DNA of 49,254 nucleotides, from NCBI GenBank assembly GCA_044866005.1, contig JBIOTN010000148.1, forward strand, positions 1-49,254, read 5' to 3'. This document shows, piece by piece, positions 37,631 to 47,137 of this stretch (its first letter is position 1; every line of letters starts with the position of its first letter). The position numbers and the translations under genes are program-made. The DNA comes from Candidatus Rokuibacteriota bacterium. GTDB taxonomy: Bacteria; Methylomirabilota; Methylomirabilia; Rokubacteriales; DASRDR01. The notes under the pieces are model-generated. The model was not told the origin of the DNA. It did no database searches and worked only from the letters and a program-made list of their open reading frames with translations.

Positions 37631-39089
37631 GCGAGAGCGAGCCTCCGGCCACGAGCCCCCGGATCTCGGGGTACTTCTCGCGGCAGCAGGCGAGCAGGAG
37701 CGTCGCGAAGATGGCAAGCCCGAGGATCGAGCCGACGACCGGGTGGGCGACCACCGTGGTCGCGGCCATCGCGGCGGCCGCCGCCAGCGCCACGCCCAGG
37801 AAGATCCGCGGGCGGGGGAGTTCCCGCAGGTGGGCGGCGGCCAGGCGCTGCGCGACGGCGAAGCTCACGATCTCGCTGGCGAGGGTCGCGGCCGCCGCCC
37901 CGTTCACCCCCCACCGGGGAATCAGGAGGACGTTGAGGGCCACGTTGACCGCGACCCCGACCGCGCGGAACGTGAGGAGCGGCGCGCCCTGGAGGCCGAG
38001 GGCGATCAGGAGGTGGGTGAAGAGGTTGTTGCAGTAGACGAAGAGCGCGGTCGGCGCCAGGATCTGGACCGTCACCGTGGACGCCGCGAAGCGGGGGCCG
38101 AAGAGCACGGGGACCACGAGCGGCGCCGCCACGAACACCGCGACGGCGAACGCCGCCCCCAGGATCGCCACGTAGTCGAAGGCCTTCTGGTAGAGGCGCG
38201 CCAGCTCGTCCCGGCTCCCCGCGACGCGCTGCGAGAGGAGCGGGTAGAGCGACGCCATGACCATGCCGGACGTGGAGATCGCCAGGTCCACGAACTTGTA
38301 GGCCACGCTGTAGAGCGCCACCGCGGCGATGCCGCGCATGCTCTCGAGCAGCAGGTTGTCGAGGCTGTGGTAGACGATCCAGAGCCCGCTGCCGAGGCCC
38401 ATGGGAAGCGACTCCCGCAGCAGACGGCGCACCGTCGCCGGATCGTACGCGAACCGGACACGCACGAACGCGCGCGAGAGCTGCCACTGGCAGAGGACGC
38501 GCGCGGCGATCGCGACGCAGTAGGCGAGGACGAAGGGGAGCAGCGGGGCCCGGGCCAGGACGAGCCCGAGGACCAGGAGGAGGTGGATGCCCTGGGCGAC
38601 CCAGGACGACAGCACCGCGTACTCCATCCGCAGCCGCACGCGGAACACCACGCCCACGCTGTCGAACGCGCCGACGAGCAGGCTCGTGGTCGAGACCATG
38701 ATCGCCAGGGCGAGCGGCGCCGGATAGCTCTTGAGGCCGAAGAGAAAGGCCGCCATGAGGGCGATCGCGGCCAGGGCCAGGCCCAGCTTGAGGAGGACGG
38801 CGGAGGAGACGAGGCGGCTCGTGGCCGTCTCGTCCTCGCGCTCTTCGAGCGCCAGCTCGCGGAGCAGGATGACGTCGATGCCGAGGGTCGCCAGCACGCT
38901 GGCGAAGTAGAGGTAGACGAAGACGAGCGCGTACTGCCCGTAGCCGACGACCCCGAGGTGCCGGGTCAGGCTCGCGGTGATGACGAGGCCCACGAGCGTG
39001 TTGACGCCGCTGCCGCCCACCTGGGCGACCGTGTTCCGGACCAGGCGGCGGCCCAGCGGCAACTCCGGACGGCCCTGGACGCCGGACAT
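37617..39089 (-). CDS. wzx: Wzx-type flippase (polysaccharide biosynthesis protein)
   Basis: RHLG..GYGQY, ALYSVAYK, NVALNVLLIPRWG..GAAAAT; many TM helices. Confidence 0.88.
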   Translation of the reverse strand: MSGVQGRPELPLGRRLVRNTVAQVGGSGVNTLVGLVITASLTRHLGVVGYGQYALVFVYLYFASVLATLGIDVILLRELALEEREDETATSRLVSSAVLLKLGLALAAIALMAAFLFGLKSYPAPLALAIMVSTTSLLVGAFDSVGVVFRVRLRMEYAVLSSWVAQGIHLLLVLGLVLARAPLLPFVLAYCVAIAARVLCQWQLSRAFVRVRFAYDPATVRRLLRESLPMGLGSGLWIVYHSLDNLLLESMRGIAAVALYSVAYKFVDLAISTSGMVMASLYPLLSQRVAGSRDELARLYQKAFDYVAILGAAFAVAVFVAAPLVVPVLFGPRFAASTVTVQILAPTALFVYCNNLFTHLLIALGLQGAPLLTFRAVGVAVNVALNVLLIPRWGVNGAAAATLASEIVSFAVAQRLAAAHLRELPRPRIFLGVALAAAAAMAATTVVAHPVVGSILGLAIFATLLLACCREKYPEIRGLVAGGSLSHGRP

Positions 39090-39091
39090 CC

Positions 39092-40537
39092 CTAGCCCGT
39101 CCCGCCGGGGTGGGGGGCCGCGGCCGGCTCGAGCCGCCGTGGGCGCGCCCGGGGCGGCCGGGGTGCGGCGTCCTCGGGGGGTCGCCTCGCCTCGAGCTCG
39201 GGGATCATCGTCACCATCCCCGCCAGGAACCAGAACGGCTCCATGATCCGCACGATGATGAAGGTGTTGGCGCCGATCGAGTGCACGATCAGCGCGGCGA
39301 AGCCCGCGACGAAGCCGAGCGCCGTGCCCTTGAAGAGCGGGTCGCGCGCGCTCCGCAGCACCGCGCGCGCGCGTCGCATGAGCGCGGTCTGGAGCCAGAG
39401 GAACGTGACCAGTCCGGCCAGCCCGGTCTCGGCGAGGACCCGGGGGTACTGGGCATCGAGGAACCGGTAGCCGGTCACCCCGTACCCGAAGACCGGCCGC
39501 CGCGGCCAGTCCTCGAGCACCGCGACGCTCCACGACCGGAGCCGCTCCGACGTCGAGGTGTCGAGGCGCACGCCCCCCACGCTCACCTGCTCCCGATGTG
39601 CCGGCTGGGTCACCGTGTAGAGCACGCGGTCGACGATCGCCCGGGGCGCGACGAGCGGCGACAGGGCGAGGACGAGCACGACCACGGCGCCCAGGAGCGC
39701 CCGTCGCTCGCTGAGGAGGAGGAGCGCCCCGACCATGGGGATCAGCGCGAGGTACGCCGCGCGCGAGAGGGTGAACCCCAGCGGGATCATGATGAGGACG
39801 CCGAGGGTCGCCAGGCCGAGCTTGGCCCGGGCGGACTCGCCGGTCAGATAGAGGCCGGCGACCAGGGCGAGCATGAGGACCAGATAGCCGCCGAACGTGT
39901 TCGGCTCGCCCGCCTCGCCCTCGAACGGCGCGGACACGCGCACGCCGCTCGGGATCTGGAGCATCCCGTTGACGCTGACGACGGCGGCGGTGGCGAGCAG
40001 CGCGATCAGGAACCGCTGGAACTGCTTCCGGTCGCGCAGGTTGTTCACCACCATGAAGTACACGACGAAGTACTCGATGTACTTCAAGGCGAAGAAGAAG
40101 CCGCCGGCGCCCCGCACCGTCCCGGTCAGCATGCCGAGCGCGGTGGCCAGCACGGCGGCGAACCCGTACGCGGCGATCGGACCGTTCAGCGGCGTGCGGA
40201 AGGCCAGGCCCAGCTCCTTGTAGAGGGCCGACTTCGCGAGCCAGGCGAGCCCCACGATCATGACCAGGAAGTCGTCCAGGCGCAGGGTGAGGCCGCGGCC
40301 CAGGGTCGTGCCGTGCCCGAGGGTCCCGACCATGACCTGGGGACCGAGCAGCATGGCGAAGATCAGGACGTAGAGGGCCAGCTCGTTGCTCGCCACCGCG
40401 GCCAGGACCACGGCCAGGACGACCCCGAAGCTCAACGCCGTGGCGAGCGAGAGCTGCGTCAGGGCCAGGCTCATCACGACGGCCAGGACGGCGGCGAAGA
40501 GCAGGGCCAGCACGGTGGCGCGGTCGGCCTGGGTCAT
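39092..40537 (-). CDS. O-antigen ligase / Wzy polymerase family protein
   Basis: EPNTFGGYL, TLSRA, RPVFGYG, LAETGLAG; multi-TM. Confidence 0.85.
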   Translation of the reverse strand: MTQADRATVLALLFAAVLAVVMSLALTQLSLATALSFGVVLAVVLAAVASNELALYVLIFAMLLGPQVMVGTLGHGTTLGRGLTLRLDDFLVMIVGLAWLAKSALYKELGLAFRTPLNGPIAAYGFAAVLATALGMLTGTVRGAGGFFFALKYIEYFVVYFMVVNNLRDRKQFQRFLIALLATAAVVSVNGMLQIPSGVRVSAPFEGEAGEPNTFGGYLVLMLALVAGLYLTGESARAKLGLATLGVLIMIPLGFTLSRAAYLALIPMVGALLLLSERRALLGAVVVLVLALSPLVAPRAIVDRVLYTVTQPAHREQVSVGGVRLDTSTSERLRSWSVAVLEDWPRRPVFGYGVTGYRFLDAQYPRVLAETGLAGLVTFLWLQTALMRRARAVLRSARDPLFKGTALGFVAGFAALIVHSIGANTFIIVRIMEPFWFLAGMVTMIPELEARRPPEDAAPRPPRARPRRLEPAAAPHPGGTG

Positions 40538-40626
40538 CTCACGGCTCTCGAGGCTGGCTCCGCGATGAGGCGCCTCTCCCGTGAGGCGACCGCTCGCCGG
40601 TGGCTCTCGCCCCCGCCGGGCAGCGG

Positions 40627-42987
40627 TCAGCCGGCGCGGACCACGTGCGCCGCGGGCGGCCGCGGGGCCACCCGGAAGGGGAGCGTGAGCCGCCCGGAGC
40701 GGAGCGCCCAGAAGCTCCCGAACAGGGCGAAGAGGAGCAGCACCAGGATGAGCAGGGTGACGGGCTTCCCGGTGATGAGGCGACCCGCCGACAGCCGGGA
40801 CCAGAGGCTCGGCTGGCTGGGCGTGCGCGGGAGCCGGGGCGCCTGGGAGTCGTAGCGGTAGCGGTAGTAGCCCATCTCGGCGTAGTCCGGGGAGAGCTCC
40901 GCCTTGACGCCCGTGAGGCAGACGCCGATGACCCGCGCCCGCGTCGCCTCCAGCAGGGTCTTGGCCCGCCTGAGCGCGGCGCGCGCCACCGTGCCGACGC
41001 GCACGACCATGAGCGTGCCGTCCACGCGCGAGCCGAGAATGGTGGCGTCGGCCACGGGCAGGATGGGAGCGGCGTCGAAGATGACGAAGTCGTACTGCTG
41101 GCGGACCTCGGCCAGAAAGTTCGCCACCGCGGCGGCGCTCAGGAACTCCGTCGGGTTCGGCGGCTGCTGACCGCTCGTCAGGACGTAGAGGTTGTCGATC
41201 CCGGGCCGGTCGAGGAGCCCCTCCAGGCCCGCTTTCCCCAGCACGAAGTCGGAGAAGCTGAGCGTGGCCTCCTCCAGGCGGGCGCCGCCGATGACCACGT
41301 CGGTGAACCCCGGCTCTTTCCGGATCCCGAAGGCGTGGTGGACGAACGGCTTGCGGAGGTCGGCTTCCACGAGGAGCGTGCGCTTCCCGAGCTGCGCGAA
41401 GGCGATGGCGAGGTTGATCGCCACCGTCGTCTTCCCCTCCATGAGCGCGGAGCTCGTGACCATCAGGGTCTTCACCTCACGCTCGAGACCGGAGAAGATG
41501 AGGTTCGTCCGCAGCGCGCGGAAGGCCTCGACCACCCGGGACTCCGGGAGGAAGAGGGTGGAGAGGAAGGCGTACTTCTCCTCCGTCTCGGGATCGAGCC
41601 CCACCCCGTCCTTCCCCTCCTCCGCCAGCTCCGCCCGGACGTTCAGGTGCGGGATGACGCCGAGCACGGCCGTGTCCAGCAGCGACTCGACCTCCTGGAT
41701 GGCGCCGATCGACGTATCGAGGGTTTCCACCACGAAGGCGAGCGCGAAGCCGACCACGAGCCCGACCACCAGGCCGACGGCCGCCTTGGGAAGCGCCTGG
41801 GGCGGATTGATGGGCCGGGTGGAGGCGACCGCCGGCCGCACCAGGCTCACCTCGGCGAACTGTTCCTTCTCCCGGATCAGCGCCTCCTGGTGTTTTTCGC
41901 GCAGGAGCGAGAAGAGCCGTTCGCTCACCTTCACTTCCCGCTCCAGCCGGGCCATCCTGAGGTCCGCCTCGGGGATCCCGGCCTGCTCGCGCCGGAGGCC
42001 GTCGACGGTCCGGTGAACCTCCGCCGCCCGACCGCGGAGCGCCGTCAGGCGCGCCGCCCAGGCCTCGCGGAGCCGCTCGCGAACGCTGCCCAGCTGCGCG
42101 TCCACGTGCTTCACCTGGGGGTGCGAGGGGGTGAGCGTGAGGAGCAGCGTCTCGCGCTGGAGACTGAGGTCGGACAGCGAGCCGTAGAGGCGAGAGAGCG
42201 TCGGGTCGGCGCCGTCGGGGGAGACGCCGGTCGGGCGCGGCGGCGACTTCGCGGCACGGAGGAGCCGGAGCTGTTCCTCCGCTTCCGCGATGGCGTCGCG
42301 CAGGCCCACCTCGTTCGCCTCGAGGCTGGCCAGCCGGCGGAGGGACTCCCGGGTCTCGTCCGGGAAGACGACGATCTTGTTCGCTTCCTTGAAGCCCTTG
42401 AGCTGCTCTTCCGAGTCCCGGAGCCTGGCGCCCACTTCGTCGAGCTGCCGCTCGATGAACTCGCGGGCCTCGCGCACCTGGCGGCTCCGGGTCGCGAAGT
42501 TGTCCTCCTGGAACGCCGCCGCGACGCTGTTCGCGATCCGCACGGCGGAGTCCGGATCCGACGCGGTCGCGCTGACCTCGATCAGGCTGGTGTTCTCCAC
42601 GAGCTTCACGGCGACCTGGTCCTGGAGGGCGCTGACGCTCCGGAGGTGACGGGGCGACGCCTGGAGCTCCGGGGAGGTCATCCCCTCCGGAATGAGCGAG
42701 AGCTTCTTGGCGGCGAGGCTCATCACGGGGAATCCCTTGATGACCGCGGCCTGCGTCTCCACGTTCCCCACCGGGCTGAACGTCACCAGTTCCTGCAGGA
42801 GGCCCGTGAAGTTCACCGCGCGCTCGACCCGGACCACGGCCGTCACCCGGTAGAGCGGACGCGGCGCCTGGACGATCGCCACCGCGAACGAGGCGACGGC
42901 GAAGAGGAGCGGCACGAGGACCACGATACCCTTGCGGCGGCGGAGGATCCGCAGGTAGTCGCGCAGGTTGACGTCGTACTGGGCCAT
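40627..42987 (-). CDS. wzc: Wzc-like polysaccharide co-polymerase / BY-kinase
   Basis: Wzz-type N-terminal TM and coiled coil; EAFRALRTNL, EGKTT, EADLRKP, FDAAP; Tyr cluster DYAEMGYYRYRY. Confidence 0.92.
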   Translation of the reverse strand: MAQYDVNLRDYLRILRRRKGIVVLVPLLFAVASFAVAIVQAPRPLYRVTAVVRVERAVNFTGLLQELVTFSPVGNVETQAAVIKGFPVMSLAAKKLSLIPEGMTSPELQASPRHLRSVSALQDQVAVKLVENTSLIEVSATASDPDSAVRIANSVAAAFQEDNFATRSRQVREAREFIERQLDEVGARLRDSEEQLKGFKEANKIVVFPDETRESLRRLASLEANEVGLRDAIAEAEEQLRLLRAAKSPPRPTGVSPDGADPTLSRLYGSLSDLSLQRETLLLTLTPSHPQVKHVDAQLGSVRERLREAWAARLTALRGRAAEVHRTVDGLRREQAGIPEADLRMARLEREVKVSERLFSLLREKHQEALIREKEQFAEVSLVRPAVASTRPINPPQALPKAAVGLVVGLVVGFALAFVVETLDTSIGAIQEVESLLDTAVLGVIPHLNVRAELAEEGKDGVGLDPETEEKYAFLSTLFLPESRVVEAFRALRTNLIFSGLEREVKTLMVTSSALMEGKTTVAINLAIAFAQLGKRTLLVEADLRKPFVHHAFGIRKEPGFTDVVIGGARLEEATLSFSDFVLGKAGLEGLLDRPGIDNLYVLTSGQQPPNPTEFLSAAAVANFLAEVRQQYDFVIFDAAPILPVADATILGSRVDGTLMVVRVGTVARAALRRAKTLLEATRARVIGVCLTGVKAELSPDYAEMGYYRYRYDSQAPRLPRTPSQPSLWSRLSAGRLITGKPVTLLILVLLLFALFGSFWALRSGRLTLPFRVAPRPPAAHVVRAG

Positions 42988-42994
42988 CCGGTCC

Positions 42995-44155
42995 TCAGCG
43001 ACTGATGGCGCGGATCTGAACGGGCAACGCGAGCGGGAGCGTCAGCACCTCGAGCGTCGGGCGGATCTTCGCGATGAACGCGTTCCAGTTCCCGATCCCG
43101 CTGCGGGGCAGGACGATCAGGTCGCTTTGCTGCAGGGGGAGATCCTGGAGCTGGTCACCTTCCTCCAGGAGCTTGCGGAAGTCCGCCTCCACGACCTGCG
43201 GGTTGTTGACGCCGCCCCGGATGATCCGCGCGCTCTCCAGCACGGCGACGTCGGTCGGGCCGCCGGCGAGGGCCAGGGCCTGGGACAGCCGCATGTTCGG
43301 CATGAGCGGGAAGACCCCCGGGGTCCGCACCTCGCCGAGCACGAAGACCTTCCGCTCGTCGCGGACGAACACGGACTCCCCGGCCGCTCCGATGGGCAGG
43401 GCCACGCCCAGGGGCGGGACGAAGACGACGTCGCCCGCGTCGAGCACGATGCTCTGCGCGACCGGCTCTTCCAGCAGGCGCAGCAGGTTCACCGTCACGG
43501 CGGGGCCGTCCCGGCGCACCACGCGGACGCGCTCGAGGTCCGCGTTCGGGGCCGGCCCGCCGGCCTCGGCGAGGAGGTCGAGCAGCGTGGTCCGCCCCCG
43601 CAGGGCGAAGGAGCCGACGCGGCCGCTGACGGCGCCGAGGACCGACACCTTCTTGCTGGCGTACTCCTTGACGAGCACCTCGATGCTGACCTGCCGGAAG
43701 AACTGCGCCAGCACGCGACGGATCTCCGCCGCCGCCTGCTCGGGCGTGAGGCCGCCCACCCGGGCCTCGAGGAACGCGACCGTCACCGTCCCGTTGGGCC
43801 GGACGACGACGGTCTGCTTCTCCTGGGCCGCGCCGGTCGTCAGGAGCACGTCCAGGACGTCGTCCGGTCCGATCTTGTAGCGCGGAACGCCCTCGACCGT
43901 CGTGAACGTCAGGTTCTCGCTCACCGGCTCGAGGATGGACGGCGGCCGGGGGGCCGTGACGGCCTGCGCCCCGCCGGGAGGCCCCTCGGCCGGCCGAGGC
44001 GCCGGGCCCGGGGGCTCGACCGGCGCGACGGCCGGCGCCGCCTGCGTGGTGAGACTGCTGGCCGGCGTCATGGGCATCCGCGGTTTCGGGGTGGCGCACC
44101 CGGCAGTCAGGAGGAGGCCCGCCAGCAGGCAGGCCGAGGCCGGCCGGCCGGTCAC
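42995..44155 (-). CDS. wza: Wza-like polysaccharide export lipoprotein with SLBB domains
   Basis: Lipobox LTAGC, YKIGPDDVL, VRPNG, GEVRTPG, ALALAGG. Confidence 0.88.
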   Translation of the reverse strand: MTGRPASACLLAGLLLTAGCATPKPRMPMTPASSLTTQAAPAVAPVEPPGPAPRPAEGPPGGAQAVTAPRPPSILEPVSENLTFTTVEGVPRYKIGPDDVLDVLLTTGAAQEKQTVVVRPNGTVTVAFLEARVGGLTPEQAAAEIRRVLAQFFRQVSIEVLVKEYASKKVSVLGAVSGRVGSFALRGRTTLLDLLAEAGGPAPNADLERVRVVRRDGPAVTVNLLRLLEEPVAQSIVLDAGDVVFVPPLGVALPIGAAGESVFVRDERKVFVLGEVRTPGVFPLMPNMRLSQALALAGGPTDVAVLESARIIRGGVNNPQVVEADFRKLLEEGDQLQDLPLQQSDLIVLPRSGIGNWNAFIAKIRPTLEVLTLPLALPVQIRAISR

Positions 44156-45225
44156 GGCAGCCCCTCCTCGACGACCGACTCCTTGATGTAGAGCAGCGGA
44201 CTCTGGCTCAGGTCCACGAGGAGGTGGTCCTCGACGCGTTTGCCGCGGCGGAAGAGGATCTGCACGAGCGGGCGGAGCGGCAAGTCCTTGTTGCGCGCCA
44301 CGACGCGCCCGATGTCGCCCGTGTTCAGCCGCACCAGGCTGCCCACCGGGAAGGTGGACATGGCCCGGATCAGCCCCTTCAGGACGCGCTCGGGGAAGAC
44401 CGTGCGCTGCCGCTGGAGGATGTACTTGAGCGCGTCGAGCGGTCCGAGCCGCTCCCGTGGCGGCCGCGGGTTCACCAGGCTGTCGTACGTCGCGGCGAGG
44501 TGGATGATCGCGGCGTGGTCGTCCAGCCGGTCCGCCGGCTCGGCGGCCGCCTCCGTCCGCGTGTAGCGGCGCAGGACCACCTCGCCGAGCCAGGGGTGCT
44601 GCGGCACGAGCGCCTGGAGCACCTTGGCGCCCTCGCGCTGGTGGTTCTGCAGCACCGCCCGCTCGCCGTCGGTCAACGGCTCGAGCTTCCCCATGATCGG
44701 GCTGGGGACCCGGGCCATCCCGATGTCGCACAGGAGGGCCGCGAGCGCCAGCTGGCGCAGCTCCTCCTGGCCGTAGCCGAGCTCGGAGCCCACCTTCGCC
44801 GCGATGATGCAGATGTTCACGGCTTCCCGGGCCGGGCTGCGCGGTCCGCCCGTGGCGCGGAAGAACGGCACCAGCAGGGCGTCGCTGGTCTTGAGGCTGT
44901 GGAGGAGGATCTCGACCGCCTCCTCGACCTGGCCGATGGAGAGCGGGGCGTCCTTGACCGTCCGGTGAATCTCCTTGAGACGCTCCACCGCTTTCTGGAA
45001 CACCAGATCGGCGGCATCCAGGCCTTTCAAGGGGCGGCCGTCCGCCTCCTCCCGCTGCCGCAGGAGCGCGGAGACGCGGCCGGCGAGCTCCCCGGCGGCC
45101 GCGGTCGCGCCCGTCGCGCCCCCGCTCGCGCCCGGCGCGGGCGACTCCCCGGCGGGCTTCGCCCCGTCCGGACCCGGGGTGGCGCCTGGCTGCGTGCCCT
45201 TCCGGACGAGGTCGCTGAGCCGCAC
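44152..45225 (-). CDS. Degenerate HD-GYP domain protein
   Basis: LAALLCDIGM in place of HDIG; HHE..GYP motif absent; typical FPVGSLVRLNTG..RP C-terminal extension. Confidence 0.8.
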   Translation of the reverse strand: MRLSDLVRKGTQPGATPGPDGAKPAGESPAPGASGGATGATAAAGELAGRVSALLRQREEADGRPLKGLDAADLVFQKAVERLKEIHRTVKDAPLSIGQVEEAVEILLHSLKTSDALLVPFFRATGGPRSPAREAVNICIIAAKVGSELGYGQEELRQLALAALLCDIGMARVPSPIMGKLEPLTDGERAVLQNHQREGAKVLQALVPQHPWLGEVVLRRYTRTEAAAEPADRLDDHAAIIHLAATYDSLVNPRPPRERLGPLDALKYILQRQRTVFPERVLKGLIRAMSTFPVGSLVRLNTGDIGRVVARNKDLPLRPLVQILFRRGKRVEDHLLVDLSQSPLLYIKESVVEEGLP

Positions 45226-45233
45226 TAGCGGTT

Positions 45234-45275
45234 TCGGAGGGGGACGCTGCCCCCCTCCGCCCCACCCACCCGCCC
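45234..45275. repeat. REP-like palindrome, copy 5
   Basis: CGGAGGGGG-ACGCTG-CCCCCCTCCG followed by CCCACCCACCCGCCC, a motif shared with copies 1 and 4. Confidence 0.6.
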
Positions 45276-45366
45276 GGAAGGTGACGCCGGGGCAGCCGGC
45301 GCGCGGACCGCTTCGTCGTGGAGCACGAGGTCTCTCTCCCGGTCGGGGTGCTTTTTCGGCATCCCG

Positions 45367-46161
45367 CTAGAGGGCACCCAGGGCGAGCTTCACCAGCGAG
45401 GTGTCCACGGCCGTCGTCTTCTTCTTCCAGCCCTCGAACAGGCAGAGATCGCAGACGTTGTTGATCTTCCGCGGGATGCCCGCCGTCTCGTCCGCGACCG
45501 CCCGGACCGCTTCCTCGGTGAAGAGGCGGCGCGTGGCGCCGGCCTTCTCCAGCCGGAAGTCGATGTACGCGGCGGTCTCGGCGGGGCTGAGCGGGTTCAG
45601 GATCAGGTGGAGCGGCAGCCGCTGCTGGAGCGACACGTGCCGGGCGATCGCCTCCTCGAGCTCGGTGGCGCCGATGAGGATCAGGCTGAGGAGCTGCCGC
45701 TCGTCGAACTGGAAGTTCAGGAGCATCCGGAGATCTTCGAACGCGGTCTCGTCCCGGATGGTGTGCGCCTCATCCACGATCAGGACGGTCGCCTTGCCCG
45801 CGCGCCCGTTCGTCACGAGTTGCTCGTTCAGGGCCCGGAAGAGCACGGACCGCTGACCGCTCCCCGGCGCGACGCCCAGCTGGACCGCGATCTCGTAGAG
45901 TAGCTCGTCCGACGGGAGCGACGGGTTCAGCACCAGCCCGATCTCGTACCGCGCCTCCTCCAGCTGGAGCAGGAACACGCGGCTCAGCGTGCTCTTGCCG
46001 CCGCCGACCTCGCCCGTGACCCAGGCTCCGCCGCGACCGGAGTGCGCGACGTAGAGGAGCTTGTCGAGGACCTCCTGAAAGGCGGGCAGGGGACAGAAGA
46101 ACTTGGGATCGGGAACGTTCTGGAACGGGGCCGCCCTCAAGCCCCAGTACGCCTCGTACAT
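45367..46161 (-). CDS. ExeA/GspA-like AAA+ ATPase
   Basis: MYEAYWGL..PF..VPDP, TGEVGGGKST, IVDEAH, GIPRKINNVCD. Confidence 0.9.
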   Translation of the reverse strand: MYEAYWGLRAAPFQNVPDPKFFCPLPAFQEVLDKLLYVAHSGRGGAWVTGEVGGGKSTLSRVFLLQLEEARYEIGLVLNPSLPSDELLYEIAVQLGVAPGSGQRSVLFRALNEQLVTNGRAGKATVLIVDEAHTIRDETAFEDLRMLLNFQFDERQLLSLILIGATELEEAIARHVSLQQRLPLHLILNPLSPAETAAYIDFRLEKAGATRRLFTEEAVRAVADETAGIPRKINNVCDLCLFEGWKKKTTAVDTSLVKLALGAL

Positions 46162-46211
46162 GCTCGTCCCCTCACCCCGACCGCGGCCGCTCGTCGACCG
46201 GAGCCCTCGAG

Positions 46212-46589
46212 TTACCGATCCCTCTGCGCCAGCCGTGTGAGGATCGCCAGCTCGAGGTACCCGAAGTCCAGCGGCTTCGTGATGTAGTCGTAGGCGTTCT
46301 TGCGCATGGCCTCCTTGGCGACCGCCTCGTCCTCGATGGCCGTCAGCATGATGATCCCGACGTCCCCATCCAGGGCGCGGATATGCTGGAGGGTCTCCAG
46401 CCCGTTCATGCCGGGCATGTTGATGTCCAGGAGCACGAGGTGGGGGCGCTGCTCCTTGACCGCCATGAGAGCGTCAGCCCCCCGGGAAGCCGTGATGACG
46501 GAGTACCCCTTGGTCTCCAGGAACTCCGCGAGGAGCTGGCACACGTCGGTCTCGTCGTCGACCACCAGAATGCGGGCCGTATCCGTCAT
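46212..46589 (-). CDS. Single-domain response regulator (receiver)
   Basis: ILVVDDE, LLDINMPGMNG, MLTA, YITKP. Confidence 0.92.
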   Translation of the reverse strand: MTDTARILVVDDETDVCQLLAEFLETKGYSVITASRGADALMAVKEQRPHLVLLDINMPGMNGLETLQHIRALDGDVGIIMLTAIEDEAVAKEAMRKNAYDYITKPLDFGYLELAILTRLAQRDR

Positions 46590-46811
46590 GACCGTGCGGG
46601 CTCCCCTCCCTGACCGCGAAGACCGGTCCCAAAGCTACCTGAACGTACCCGAAAGGGCCCGATTTTCGGCAAGAAAATTGGCTTATTGGCCATGCGCGCC
46701 TCACCCTCGGTCGGAGCTTCCGCCGACCTTCGGCCGCCACGCCACGCGGTCCGCGCGTCCGCTTCGCGAGCTCCGGTGAGCCAGCGGCCGACGCGACCGG
46801 AGTGCGGGAAC

Positions 46812-46827
46812 CGCAACCGTCGTGCCA
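46812..46827 (-). promoter_or_regulatory. Sigma54 (-24/-12) promoter
   Basis: Minus strand TGGCACG-ACGG-TTGCG matches TGGCAC-N5-TTGC and points into the polysaccharide locus. Confidence 0.7.
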
Positions 46828-47137
46828 GCGCGCCCCCCCGTCCACAAAGCCCGGTCATTACAGGCGCTCCCTCGCTGGAGCCGGCCGCCTCCCCCGCCGG
46901 CGGGGGGCTCGTTCATGGCCGCCCGGTGGGCGAAGCGGTCAGTTTGTGACCAGCTCGCGTCGCGCCCTTCCGGCGCCCGCGCCGCGATGCTAGGATGGGC
47001 CCGCTCCCGGGTCGCGGCGTTCTCCCGGGAGCGCACGCCTCCGCGGCCCTCCGAGCGACCCGGTTCCCCAGGCCTCGGCCCCGGGCCGAGCGGTGTGCGT
47101 CCGTCCCCCGAGCCCCGAGAAGGCGAGGACGATCGGC

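Noticed and set aside
46685..46745. c-di-GMP-I riboswitch in the EPS leader (minus strand CGGCCGAAGGTCG..GGAAGCTCCGACC)
   Set aside because: Only a loose resemblance; the conserved GGCAAA/GCAAAG elements and P1 pairing were not found. An Rfam RF01051 scan would settle it.
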